Positions 8,578 through 18,060 of a stretch of DNA of 64,000 nt are shown here, piece by piece; position 1 is the stretch's first letter; each line of letters starts with the position of its first letter. Below the pieces are notes generated by a model, which did no database searches, was not told the DNA's origin, and saw only the letters and a list, made by a program, of their open reading frames with translations. The DNA comes from Chloroflexota bacterium (GTDB taxonomy: Bacteria > Chloroflexota > Dehalococcoidia > Dehalococcoidales > RBG-16-60-22). Position numbers and translations under genes: made by a program. The stretch lies in contig JACPQC010000015.1 of the NCBI GenBank assembly GCA_016190695.1, forward strand, positions 13,435-77,434, read 5' to 3'.

Positions 8578-9624
8578 CTACACCTTCTCCACCTCGGCCA
8601 TGAGCGCCCCGATGAAGTCCTTTTCCTCTACCACCTTTACCTTGACGCCTTTGCGGAACAGTATGGCCCGGCCTTTGCCGCAGGCGATGCCCACGTCGGC
8701 GTCCATGGCCTCGCCGGGGCCGTTGACCACGCAGCCCATTACCGCCACCTTGACCGGCTTGCTGATGCTGGCCAGCCTGCGGTCTACCTCTTCGGCCAGT
8801 TTGACGATGTCCACCTCGGCCCGCCCGCAGGAAGGGCAACTGACCAGCACCGGCCCGTGCTGGCGCAGATCGAGGCTCTTCAGTATCTCGTAGGCGGCGG
8901 TGACCTCTTCCCTGGGGTGAGCGGTCAGCGATACGCGGATGGTGTCGCCTATACCCAGGTACAACAGGGTGCCGATGCCCACGGCGCTGCGGATGACCCC
9001 CCTGGCCGGGGTGCCCGCTTCGGTGATGCCCAGGTGCAGCGGGTAGGGCATTCTGTCTGCGATCTCCCGGTAGGCGGCGATGGTGGTGGGCACATCGAAG
9101 GCCTTGAGCGATACCTTGATCAGGTCGAAGTCCAGGCTCTCCAGCAGGCGCACCTGCTCCACAGCCGCCAGCACCATCTGCTCGGCGGTGGAGAGTCCGG
9201 GGCGGGATGGCCTGGGCAGGCTGCCGGCATTTACGCCGACTCGTATGGGTGCGCTGCGCTCCCTCGCTGCCAGGGCCACCGCTTTGACCCGCTCCGGCCC
9301 GCCGATGTTGCCCGGATTCAGCCGCAGGGCGTCGGCGCCGGACTCCAGGGCCAGCAGCGCCAGCCGGTAGTCGAAGTGGATATCGGCCACCAGCGGTATC
9401 TTGATGCCCCGCTTGATCCCGGCGATGGCCCGCGCCGCCTCGGCATCAGGCACGGCCACCCGGACCAGCTCACAGCCGCGTTCTTCAAGCTCCAGTACCT
9501 GGTTAACCGTCGCCCGGACGTCGCGCGTGTCCGTATTGGTCATGGACTGCACCACGATGGGTGCTCCGCCGCCGATGGCGACATCCCCTATTCTTATTGT
9601 CTTACTGATACGCCTGGGATTCAT
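8578..9624 (-). CDS. ispG: 4-hydroxy-3-methylbut-2-en-1-yl diphosphate synthase
   Basis: IGGGAPIVVQSMTNTDT, ADIHFDYRLAL, GCVVNGPGE motifs. The ORF extends to 9666, but that ATG lies inside the family-2 repeat, so Met-15 (9624) is preferred. Confidence 0.9.
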   Translation of the reverse strand: MNPRRISKTIRIGDVAIGGGAPIVVQSMTNTDTRDVRATVNQVLELEERGCELVRVAVPDAEAARAIAGIKRGIKIPLVADIHFDYRLALLALESGADALRLNPGNIGGPERVKAVALAARERSAPIRVGVNAGSLPRPSRPGLSTAEQMVLAAVEQVRLLESLDFDLIKVSLKAFDVPTTIAAYREIADRMPYPLHLGITEAGTPARGVIRSAVGIGTLLYLGIGDTIRVSLTAHPREEVTAAYEILKSLDLRQHGPVLVSCPSCGRAEVDIVKLAEEVDRRLASISKPVKVAVMGCVVNGPGEAMDADVGIACGKGRAILFRKGVKVKVVEEKDFIGALMAEVEKV

Positions 9625-9661
9625 GGTTGCTTCGTTCTTAGGATATCTGAGAATTCGAACT

Positions 9662-9778
9662 GTCATCCTGAGCCGCAGCCCTGAGCGAAGCGAAGGGGAA
9701 GCGAAGGATCTCGGCTGGGAGTGGTTTCACGTTCGCCCCACCCCGAGATTCTTCAGTCGCTGCGTTCCTCAGAATGAC
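9662..9778. repeat. MITE-like repeat family 2, copy a (TIR gtcatcctgag / ctcagaatgac)
   Basis: Related copies at 55813-55946, 57410-57546 (inverted) and 44843-44962. Shared blocks: cctgagc..agccctga.cgaagcgaagg and gagattcttcagtcg. Confidence 0.8.
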
Positions 9779-9816
9779 TTTCCCGGACAGCCTCATAGAG
9801 GAGAATTTGTTGATAA

Positions 9817-12210
9817 TTACCTCTGGACAGCGCCTAGCTCTTTCTCCAGCCGCCCCAGGACCTGCCGCTGCACCTCGTCCACCTCGGCATCGGTCAGGGT
9901 GTGGTCCGGCGCGCGGAAGATAATGCGGTAGGCCATCGACTTCTTGCCCTCCGGCACCGGTCCTCCGGTGAACAGGTCGAACAGGGCAACCTGGCTGACC
10001 AGGGGAAACCCTTTAATAATATCATAAAGCTGGCGGTAGCTTGTCCCGGCATCCACCAGCAAGGCCACGTCGCGGAAGGTGCCGGGGAAGCGGGGCAATG
10101 GCTGGAAGGTTTTGATGGCGGCGGCATGGGGCAGCAGCGCCGAGATATCGACCTCGAACAGGTACACCGGCTCGCCGATCTCGAAGGCATGGAGCACCTT
10201 GGGGTGCGCTTCGCCCAGGACGCCCACCCTTTCACCGGCGACCACTATGCCCGCCTGCCGCGCCGGGTGCAGTCCTTCGTCCTCTCCCGGCTCGAAACCG
10301 GCCTCGATACCCAGCCTGGCGAATATGCCCTCCACCACTCCTTTGGCGTCGAAGAAGTCAACCGGCTGGTCACCGGTGAGCCAGGTTCGCTCCGTCCTTG
10401 CCCCGCTGAGTATGCCGCAGAGGGCGTAGGGTTCGGCGGGAAGCATCTTTTCCCGGGGCAGATAGACCTTGCCCAGCTCGAACAGCTTCATGCCGCCGGA
10501 CTCGTGCCGCCGGTTGGCGGACAGGGCCAGCAGCAGGTTGCCGCGCAGGTTGGGCCGCAGGTACTCCTGGTCTGCTGTCATCGGGTTGGTCACCCTCAGC
10601 GGCTCCGGTTCCAGGGGACGGGGTTCAGCCGCCAGCCTCTCCAGCGTGGCCCGGCCCACCAGGGAAAAGGTGACCACTTCCTGGAAACCGTAGCAGGCCA
10701 GCCCCTGCCTCACCTGCTGCCTCAGGGCGATGAGCGGGTCAGGGTCATGCCTGGGGATGGGCTGGCTCAACATGGTCATGGGGATGCGGTCATAGCCGGT
10801 AACCCGCGCTACTTCCTCCACCAGGTCGACGGTAAGCCTGATATCGCTGCGCCAGTAAGGAGCAGCCACTTTAAGCTCAGTCCCGTCAGCCTTGCAGTCA
10901 AAGCCGAGAGAACTAAGCGCGCCTGCTATCTCTTCCAGGGCCAGTTCAACGCCGAGGATACGCTTTATTTCACCAGCGGACAGGGGAATGGGCGCAATCT
11001 CCGCGCGACCGGGGTAATTGTCGATTATGCCTTGTGAGGCCTTTCCACCGGCCAGTTCCACCAGGAGACGGGTGGCCCGCCTGAGCGCCGATCCGCTCAC
11101 CCCGGCGCTGATACCGCGCTCAAAACGCGCCGAAGCCTCGCTGCCGAGCAGCAGTTTCTGGCTGGTATGGTGGATGCTGGCCGGATAGAAGCTGGCCGAT
11201 TCCAGCAGGATGGAGGTAGTGCCCCCGGTGACCTCGGTGCTGGCGCCTCCCATCACCCCGGCAAGGGCTACCGCCCGGCCTTCATCAGCGATGACCAGCA
11301 TGTCAGCGGAGAGGGTGCGCTCCTCTCCGTCCAGCGTCACCAGGGTCTCGCCTTCCCTGGCAGGGCGGATGATCACCTTCCCGCCCAGTTTGTCATAGTC
11401 AAAGGCGTGGAGCGGCTGCCCGTACTCCAGCATGACGTAGTTGGTGATGTCCACCACGTTGTTTATGGGGCGCATGCCGCAGGCCCTGAGCCGCGCCTGC
11501 ATCCAGGGCGGGGAGGGGGCTACCGTTACGCCGTTGACCAGGCTGGCGCAGTAACGGGGGCAAAGCGCCGGGTCTGCTATTGTCACTGAGACCTGCCGCC
11601 CGATTTCCGGCCCTGCTTCTTCGTAACCGGTATCAGGCGATCGGAAGGACTGGCCGGTGAGGGCGGCTATTTCCCTGGCCAGGCCGGTTATGGAAAGGCA
11701 ATCGGGCCGGTTGGGCGTTATGTCCAGGTCGAGGATGGTATCGCCCAGGTAACCGGCCAGCGGCATTCCCACCGGCGCATCCGGCGGCAGCACCATTATG
11801 CCCTGGTGGTTGTCTGAAATACCGAGTTCCCTCTCCGAGCAGACCATGCCGCTGGAGACCACCCCCCGTATCTTGGACGGGGTCAGCCGGGCTAGTTTGC
11901 CTGTGGCCGGGTCCAGGATCTGCGCGCCAACACGGGCGAAGGCTATCTTGTCGCCCACCCTCAGGTTCGGCGCGCCGCAGACAACCGTCTCCTGCCCGGC
12001 GCCCAGGTCTACGGTGGGCAGGGTGAGGCGGTCGGCGTTGGGGTGGGGCTTTATCTCCATTATCTGGCCGACGACGACCCCCTCCCAGTCGCTGCCGGTG
12101 ACCTCCATGTCCTTGACCTCGTGACCGGCCATGGTCAGCCGGCGGGCGATCTCGGCGGCGGGCAGGGTGATATCTACATAGTCACGGAGCCATTTCAGCG
12201 GGGCTTTCAT
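9817..12210 (-). CDS. pheT: phenylalanine--tRNA ligase beta subunit
   Basis: 797 aa with tRNA-binding, B3/4, B5 and FDX-ACB domain order. Immediately follows pheS. Confidence 0.95.
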   Translation of the reverse strand: MKAPLKWLRDYVDITLPAAEIARRLTMAGHEVKDMEVTGSDWEGVVVGQIMEIKPHPNADRLTLPTVDLGAGQETVVCGAPNLRVGDKIAFARVGAQILDPATGKLARLTPSKIRGVVSSGMVCSERELGISDNHQGIMVLPPDAPVGMPLAGYLGDTILDLDITPNRPDCLSITGLAREIAALTGQSFRSPDTGYEEAGPEIGRQVSVTIADPALCPRYCASLVNGVTVAPSPPWMQARLRACGMRPINNVVDITNYVMLEYGQPLHAFDYDKLGGKVIIRPAREGETLVTLDGEERTLSADMLVIADEGRAVALAGVMGGASTEVTGGTTSILLESASFYPASIHHTSQKLLLGSEASARFERGISAGVSGSALRRATRLLVELAGGKASQGIIDNYPGRAEIAPIPLSAGEIKRILGVELALEEIAGALSSLGFDCKADGTELKVAAPYWRSDIRLTVDLVEEVARVTGYDRIPMTMLSQPIPRHDPDPLIALRQQVRQGLACYGFQEVVTFSLVGRATLERLAAEPRPLEPEPLRVTNPMTADQEYLRPNLRGNLLLALSANRRHESGGMKLFELGKVYLPREKMLPAEPYALCGILSGARTERTWLTGDQPVDFFDAKGVVEGIFARLGIEAGFEPGEDEGLHPARQAGIVVAGERVGVLGEAHPKVLHAFEIGEPVYLFEVDISALLPHAAAIKTFQPLPRFPGTFRDVALLVDAGTSYRQLYDIIKGFPLVSQVALFDLFTGGPVPEGKKSMAYRIIFRAPDHTLTDAEVDEVQRQVLGRLEKELGAVQR

Positions 12211-12211
12211 C

Positions 12212-13267
12212 TCAGAACTGCCTCAAAAAGCGAAGGTCGCTGCCGTAGAACAGCCTGACGTCATCGATACCGTAGCGCAGCATGGGCAGGCGGTCAATGC
12301 CGATGCCGAAGGCAAAGCTGCCGTAGACCTGGGGGTCGATGCCGCCCCGCTCCAGGACGCGGGGGTGGGTCATGCCGGCGCCAAGCACCTCTATCCAGCC
12401 CGAGTTGCCGCAGAGACGGCAGCCATCGCCGTGACAGACGGCGCACTCGATGGCCATCTCCACTCCAGGCTCGACGAAGGGGAAGTAATCGCAGCGGAAG
12501 CGCACTCGCCTGTCCGCGCCGAAGAAACGCCGGGCGAACTCGTAAAGAGCGCCCTTGAGGTCGGCCATGGTAATGCCTTTGTCCACGGCCACGCCGTCAA
12601 TCTGGTGGAACATGGGGACGTGGGTGGCGTCGCTGGCCTCGTAGCGATAGACCCGGCCCGGCTCGATCACCCTTATCGGCGGCTCCAGGCGCTCCAGCGT
12701 CCGGGCAGTGACCGAGGTGGTATGAGTGCGCAGCAGCATGGGCCTCTTGCCGTCGGCCTGGTAATCTATCCAGGAGGTAGACATGACGTCACGCGCCGGG
12801 TGTTCCTCGGGGATGTTCAGCGCCTCGAAGTTGTAATAGTCCCACTCTACGTCCGGCCCCTCCGCCACCTGGAACCCCATCGTGGCGAAGATGCCGCAAA
12901 TCTCCTCGATGGTCTGGGTGAGGGGATGCAACCGACCCACCGGGCAGGGACGGCCGGGGAGGGTGATGTCGACGGACTCTCCGGCACGGGCGGCCAGGTG
13001 CGCCTCGCGGAGGGTATGCTCCCGGTGGGACAGGGACTCCTCCAACTGCCGCTTTATCTCGTTGGCCAGGGCGCCGGTGGTCTTCCGCTCTTCAACGGAC
13101 AGAGAGGCCAGCCCGCGGAGCACCTGGGTCAGACGGCTTTTCTTGCCCAGGTAGCGCACTCGCCAGGCTTCCATCTCCTTGAGGTCGCGGATGCCCTGGA
13201 GTTCACGCAGCGCGCCCGCTCTAAGCTCTTCCAGTTCCTGTAACATGCTTGGATTATAGGTCATCAT
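12212..13267 (-). CDS. pheS: phenylalanine--tRNA ligase alpha subunit
   Basis: YLGKKS, class II motifs ([19 protein letters not shown]). Start uncertain: TTG 13312, ATG 13267 or ATG 13246. 13246 best matches the E. coli PheS length. Confidence 0.9.
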   Translation of the reverse strand: MMTYNPSMLQELEELRAGALRELQGIRDLKEMEAWRVRYLGKKSRLTQVLRGLASLSVEERKTTGALANEIKRQLEESLSHREHTLREAHLAARAGESVDITLPGRPCPVGRLHPLTQTIEEICGIFATMGFQVAEGPDVEWDYYNFEALNIPEEHPARDVMSTSWIDYQADGKRPMLLRTHTTSVTARTLERLEPPIRVIEPGRVYRYEASDATHVPMFHQIDGVAVDKGITMADLKGALYEFARRFFGADRRVRFRCDYFPFVEPGVEMAIECAVCHGDGCRLCGNSGWIEVLGAGMTHPRVLERGGIDPQVYGSFAFGIGIDRLPMLRYGIDDVRLFYGSDLRFLRQF

Positions 13268-13348
13268 GGTGAAGGGGTCAATGGATGATGAATCTACCAG
13301 GAGGCACGGCAAAAAGCCCGCCCCTGAGCGCGCGACAGCGATAAGCGG

Positions 13349-13711
13349 TCAGGCGACCTGGAGGCCGGCCCTGGCCGCGCTCACCAGCTCGGTGAAGGCA
13401 GCGGGTTCCCGGACCGCCATGTCCGCCAGCATCTTGCGGTTGACGGCCGTCCCCGATTTGATCAGGCCAGCTATGAACTGGCTGTAGGTCAGACCCTCGG
13501 CCCGCGCGGCGGCGCTGATACGCTGGATCCACAGCCGCCTCATATCGCCTTTCCGTTCCCGGCGATGGGCGTAGGTGTAGCTCAATGACTTGAGCATGGC
13601 CTCGTGGGCGCGCTTGTACAGGGAATGCCGGGATGCCCTCTGCCCCTTGGTCAGGGCGAGGACCTTCTTGTGTCTATGGTGATGGGTTACGCCTGTCTTT
13701 ACCCTTGGCAA
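13349..13711 (-). CDS. rplT: 50S ribosomal protein L20
   Basis: MPRVKTGVTHHHRHKKVLALTKG... is a canonical L20 N-terminus. Confidence 0.95.
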   Translation of the reverse strand: MPRVKTGVTHHHRHKKVLALTKGQRASRHSLYKRAHEAMLKSLSYTYAHRRERKGDMRRLWIQRISAAARAEGLTYSQFIAGLIKSGTAVNRKMLADMAVREPAAFTELVSAARAGLQVA

Positions 13712-13729
13712 CTGAGGACTCCTTCCTGT

Positions 13730-13933
13730 CTAGGCAACCCCGTTGGGGATAAGCCTCTTTATCCTGGTGGTATCAGCGGGGCTTAAAGGCACCTTGCTAT
13801 CAAAAAGGCGCTTTACCCTGGCGGACTTGTTCCGGCGCAGATGGCTCTTCGGCCCTTTGATGCGCATTATCTTGCCGGTGCCGGTCACGTGAAAGCGCCT
13901 CTTGGCCCCTTTATGTGTCTTAAGCTTTGGCAT
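13730..13933 (-). CDS. rpmI: 50S ribosomal protein L35
   Basis: [21 protein letters not shown] is a canonical L35 sequence. Confidence 0.95.
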   Translation of the reverse strand: MPKLKTHKGAKRRFHVTGTGKIMRIKGPKSHLRRNKSARVKRLFDSKVPLSPADTTRIKRLIPNGVA

Positions 13934-14513
13934 CCTGACTTTCCTTTACTGTTGCTTCTTCTGTCTCTTCCGGCGCTTCTTCCCGCTTTGCCTTTACCTT
14001 GGCGGGGGCGACCGGAGACAATATTATGTGCATGTGCTTGCCCAGCAGCACCGGCTGCTTTTCCATGGCGGCGACGTCGCCCAGCTTCTCAGCCATGCGC
14101 TGCAATAACTTCCATCCCAGGTCAGGATGGGTGATCTCGCGTCCCCGGAACATCACCGTCACTTTGACCTTGTCTCCGTCAGCGAGGAGCTTTCTGACGA
14201 TCCTGGCCTTGGCCTCAAAATCGTGGTCGCCGATCTTGGGCCTCATCCGCATCTCCCGGAGCAGCACGATCTTCTGGCTTTTCCTGGCGTCGTGCTCCTT
14301 CTTGGCCTGCTCGTACCTGAACTTCCCGTAATCGAGAATCCGGCACACCGGTGGGACTGCCATAGGCGCCACCTCGACCAGGTCCAGGTTCTGCTTCCGG
14401 GCCATCTCCTGCGCCTGGCTTAAGGGCATAACCCCTAACTGCTCGCCCTTGCTGCCAACCAGCCGCACTTCACGAGCAGTGATCATCTCATTAATACGCA
14501 GTTTCTTTATTAT
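13920..14513 (-). CDS. infC: translation initiation factor IF-3 (probable non-AUG ATA start)
   Basis: The ORF from ATG 14486 lacks the conserved I-K-x-x-R-I-N-E N-terminus. That motif is encoded in frame just upstream (ATA ATA AAG AAA CTG CGT ATT AAT GAG ATG). AGGAGG lies 10 nt before the ATA at 14513. Confidence 0.85.
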   Translation of the reverse strand: MIKKLRINEMITAREVRLVGSKGEQLGVMPLSQAQEMARKQNLDLVEVAPMAVPPVCRILDYGKFRYEQAKKEHDARKSQKIVLLREMRMRPKIGDHDFEAKARIVRKLLADGDKVKVTVMFRGREITHPDLGWKLLQRMAEKLGDVAAMEKQPVLLGKHMHIILSPVAPAKVKAKREEAPEETEEATVKESQDAKA

Positions 14514-14810
14514 GTCCTTGTATACCTCCTACCATGCACAGGTTCCTATGCGAATAACTATACCATATCTTCCAGCATCCGGCAAATAGCAAGGGGGTTC
14601 AAAAATTGTCATCGCCGGCCAAGTTTCGCCACCCTGTCTTGTCCCAGGTGGGCGTTTCAGGACTATAGTCACAGGACTTCAGGAGGTAGGACTAATCATT
14701 CAGGGACTTTATTGTCACTCCAAACAGGTACTAATAGTTGATTGACGCCCGGCGAGGCTGTGTTAAGCTAAATTCTGTGACCATTAAACTCAATCGAGGA
14801 GGAGAGGAAA

Positions 14811-15203
14811 ATGAAGACAAGGGTCGCCAAATGGGGGAGACAGTTCCACAAAGGGCAAAGGGGCTTTACCCTGATCGAGCTGCTGGTGGTTATCGCCATC
14901 CTGGGCGCGCTGTCGGCAGTGGCCGTTCCCAACGTCGGCAAGTTCATCGGCAAGGGCAAGACCGAGTCCTACAGCGCCGAGCTGCAGAATGTCAGGACGG
15001 GGGTCATGGCCATGCTGGCTGACAGCACCGCGGGCGTGCTGGATGGCACCCCGACAACCAAAGACATGGACCTGGTGACCACCGACAACTCGACCAAGCT
15101 GCTAAGCTCCTACATGACCGGCCTGGACGCCAACAACGAGACGCAGACGGGGGCCACTTATACCTTCGCCCTGGACGGGTCGGTCACCCAGATACCGCCC
15201 TAG
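14811..15203 (+). CDS. type IV pilin / T2SS pseudopilin-like protein (prepilin N-methylation motif)
   Basis: KGQRGFTLIELLVVIAILGAL class III signal. SD GGAGGAGAGG before the ATG. No assembly genes nearby. Confidence 0.8.
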   Translation: MKTRVAKWGRQFHKGQRGFTLIELLVVIAILGALSAVAVPNVGKFIGKGKTESYSAELQNVRTGVMAMLADSTAGVLDGTPTTKDMDLVTTDNSTKLLSSYMTGLDANNETQTGATYTFALDGSVTQIPP

Positions 15204-15224
15204 TCCTCAGGGGTAACTGAAAAG

Positions 15225-15266
15225 CCCGGCAGGTCAGTTGGAGCGCTGGTCTGCCGGGTCTTTTAT
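15225..15266 (+). terminator. rho-independent terminator after the pilin gene
   Basis: cccggcag (15225-15232) pairs with ctgccggg (15251-15258), followed by tcttttattt. Confidence 0.6.
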
Positions 15267-15364
15267 TTGGCGAATATCAGCGCGATCGACTAATACTCAG
15301 TAATTTCTCATTCTGGCGTGTCAGCCAGCACCACGAATGATGAAAATGACCATCCTTTCGTCCC

Positions 15365-15394
15365 TGTCTATTCCCCGCGCAGGCGGGGAATCCA
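15365..15394. repeat. hairpin repeat family 3, short copy
   Basis: tgtctattccccgcgcaggcggggaatcca has the same architecture as 2395-2422, with compensatory stem changes (ccggc/gccgg versus ccccgc/gcgggg). Confidence 0.55.
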
Positions 15395-15443
15395 CGCGCC
15401 TTGATGAGTAGACCCCCGCTCCCATATCAGAGCGGCAATCTCC

Positions 15444-15812
15444 TCAACCCCCGGCCTTCGCCAGCACGTCCTCGATCTTCTTCAGCAGCTCATCGGGGCG
15501 GAAGGGCTTGGCGATGAAGCCGTTCGCCCCCAGCTTCAGGGACTCCTCGGCGATGTTGCTCCGCGCCGTGAAGACGATCACGGGTACCTTTGAGAAGGCG
15601 CGCAGCCTGTCCAGCACCTGTAACCCGTCCAGCGGCACCATGAGGATATCCAGGAGCATGATATCCGGTTTCCGGGAGCGGACAAGCTCCAGCGCCTCTT
15701 CGCCGCTGGCAGTAGTGGTCACGTCATAACCTGCCAGGGTCAGGCCGGCCTTGATGAACCTGAGCACCGCCGGCTCATCGTCAACCACCAGAACGTGTCT
15801 TTTGGCATTCAT
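15444..15812 (-). CDS. single-domain CheY-like response regulator
   Basis: HVLVVDDEPAV...DIMLLDILMP..DG...KPF receiver motifs. The Met at 15812 lies 4 nt after the ftsH stop, so the longer ORF to 15890 overlaps ftsH and is unlikely. Confidence 0.85.
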   Translation of the reverse strand: MNAKRHVLVVDDEPAVLRFIKAGLTLAGYDVTTTASGEEALELVRSRKPDIMLLDILMVPLDGLQVLDRLRAFSKVPVIVFTARSNIAEESLKLGANGFIAKPFRPDELLKKIEDVLAKAGG

Positions 15813-15816
15813 GCTG

Positions 15817-17733
15817 CTAGTGTAGCACACCCGGCGCAGTATTTCCCAGCACTTCGCCCGGTATGCCTTTCTCCTTGCCGGCTTCACCATCCAGCGGCTC
15901 GGTGAAAATTTGTTTCAGCTCCCGGCCTTCAAGGGACTCCCTTATTATCAACCGCTCGGCGAAGTATACCAGCCGTGTCCTGTTTTCTTCCAGTATCTTC
16001 CTGGCCAGGGCGCGGGCCTCGTTCATCAGTTTGTGCACCGCATCATCAATCTGCCTGGCCATATCCTCACTGAAGTCCTTCCGCTCCATGCCCCACTCGA
16101 TCTGCTCGCTGCCGAAGGTGCGCAAAGGCAGTTCCTCCCCCATGCCGTAGTCCGTTATCATCTTGCGGGCAAGCTCGGTAGCCCGTTTGATGTCGTTATG
16201 CGGCCCGGTGGAAATATCCGGGAAGAAGGCTTCTTCGGCGCAGTATCCCCCCAGAAGCGTGGTCAGGTTGGCCTTGAGCTGCCGGCGCGTCATCAGGTAG
16301 TGCTCTTCTTCGGGGAGGGTGCGCGTGTAGCCGCCGATGCCGCCGCGGGACACGATGGAGACCTTGAACACCGGGTCAGCATCGGGCAACAGGCGGGCGA
16401 CCAGGGCGTGGCCGGCCTCGTGATAGGCGGTCCTCTTCTTGTCCTGGGGGTTTATCAGGCGGCTCTTCTTGGCCGGCCCGGCCAGCGCGCGGTCGATAGC
16501 CTCGCCCAGTTCCTCCATGGTGATGGACGATTTGTCCCGTCTTGCCGCCAGTATCGCCGCCTCATTGACCAGGTTGGCCAGGTCAGCCCCGCTGAAGCCC
16601 GGGGTCTCCTTGGCGATAACATCGAGGTCGACCGATTTGTCCAGGGGCTTGCCTTTGGTATGAATATCGAGGATGGCCCTGCGCTCGGCATAGTCCGGGG
16701 CATCGAGCATAACCCGCCGGTCGAACCGGCCCGGGCGCAACAGGGCGGGGTCGAGCACGTCCGGCCGGTTGGTGGCCGCCAGCACGATGACCCCGGAGTT
16801 AGGGGTGAAGCCGTCCATCTCGGAGAGTATCTGGTTCAGCGTCTGCTCGCGCTCTTCATGGCTCACTGCCGGGCCGCCGCCGCGCCTCCGTCCCACCGCG
16901 TCTATTTCATCGATGAAGATAATGGAGGGGCGGTTGGCCTTGGCCTGCTGAAAGAGGTCGCGCACCCTGGAAGCGCCCACCCCGACGAACATCTCCACGA
17001 ACTCGCTGCCGCTTATGGAGAAGAAGGGGACAGCGGCCTCGCCGGCCACCGCCTTGGCCAGGAGGGTTTTGCCTGTCCCCGGGGGGCCGGCCAGGAGCAC
17101 CCCTTTGGGGACGCGGGCGCCCAGGCGCTGGAACTTCTCCTGGTGCTTCAGGAATTCCACCACCTCCAGGAGGTCCTGTTTGACCTCGGCCACGCCGGCG
17201 ACGTCAGAGAAGGTGACCGTGGGCACGTCTGTGCTTCTCAGCCGAGCTTTGGTCCGGGCGAAATCGCCCATCTGGTTCCTCGCCGAGCTGCCTGAGCGTA
17301 TGAGCATTATGAACAGCAGTCCGAGGAGAAGCAAAGGCATGAGCACCAGGAAACCGGCGGAGCCGCTGGGACTGCCTGCCGTCCTCTTGCTCACCGAGAA
17401 ATCGCCGGGGAAGACAAACCCCATTCCCTTCAGGTCGACCGCGCTCATGCCGCCTATGTAGGCCACCAGCTCCGTCCCGTCACCGATGGCAGCCGGGGCG
17501 CCTTCGATATCGACCAGTTCCAGCGTTTCATTCCCGGCGCGGGCGGTCATCAGCATCCAGCCCTTGTCCATCTCCACCCGGGCGCTGGCGATATTGTTGT
17601 TCTGGGACAGGGCGATGGCCTGGCTAAGGGTGATCTTGACCGCAGAAGAGGGGGGGGCAGGCTCGCAGGCGAAAAGGAAGAGAGAAAGTACAGACGCCAG
17701 GGCAACAAGGGCTATCAGGGCCGGTCTTCTCAT
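15817..17733 (-). CDS. ftsH: ATP-dependent zinc metalloprotease FtsH
   Basis: GPPGTGKT Walker [10 protein letters not shown] Walker B, SRH, HEAGHAL zinc site. Confidence 0.95.
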   Translation of the reverse strand: MRRPALIALVALASVLSLFLFACEPAPPSSAVKITLSQAIALSQNNNIASARVEMDKGWMLMTARAGNETLELVDIEGAPAAIGDGTELVAYIGGMSAVDLKGMGFVFPGDFSVSKRTAGSPSGSAGFLVLMPLLLLGLLFIMLIRSGSSARNQMGDFARTKARLRSTDVPTVTFSDVAGVAEVKQDLLEVVEFLKHQEKFQRLGARVPKGVLLAGPPGTGKTLLAKAVAGEAAVPFFSISGSEFVEMFVGVGASRVRDLFQQAKANRPSIIFIDEIDAVGRRRGGGPAVSHEEREQTLNQILSEMDGFTPNSGVIVLAATNRPDVLDPALLRPGRFDRRVMLDAPDYAERRAILDIHTKGKPLDKSVDLDVIAKETPGFSGADLANLVNEAAILAARRDKSSITMEELGEAIDRALAGPAKKSRLINPQDKKRTAYHEAGHALVARLLPDADPVFKVSIVSRGGIGGYTRTLPEEEHYLMTRRQLKANLTTLLGGYCAEEAFFPDISTGPHNDIKRATELARKMITDYGMGEELPLRTFGSEQIEWGMERKDFSEDMARQIDDAVHKLMNEARALARKILEENRTRLVYFAERLIIRESLEGRELKQIFTEPLDGEAGKEKGIPGEVLGNTAPGVLH

Positions 17734-17762
17734 GGTAACCTTCCCGCTGATTTATTAGTATT

Positions 17763-17905
17763 AGCAGATGATGAAAAACTGTGAAGGATGTTTCGTCTCC
17801 CTTTCGTAAAGGGAGAGGAGAGAGGGATTTTGAGATTGTGAAATCCCCCTTCCGTCCCCCTTTCTCAAAGGGGGAAACTCTTCAAACTCTTTTTCAGCAT
17901 CCTGC
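17763..17905. repeat. repeat family 1, copy c
   Basis: See 6103-6245. Lies directly 5' of the ftsH start. Confidence 0.85.
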
Positions 17906-18060
17906 CAGTATTTCCCCTTTATATCATTACAATAGCACATCTAGGAAGCTATTGGTATCTTCACTTATTTCTGGGGGAACATACCCGTAGATTTAGTCTT
18001 TCTTGATATTTTGTGCATTTTATACAATAATGAACATGTATCCTGTTGGAGAGGTGCGCC

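Noticed and set aside
9625-9666. Longer ispG start at 9666.
   Set aside because: That ATG is formed by the terminal inverted repeat of the family-2 element. The conserved IspG N-terminus begins near Met-15.
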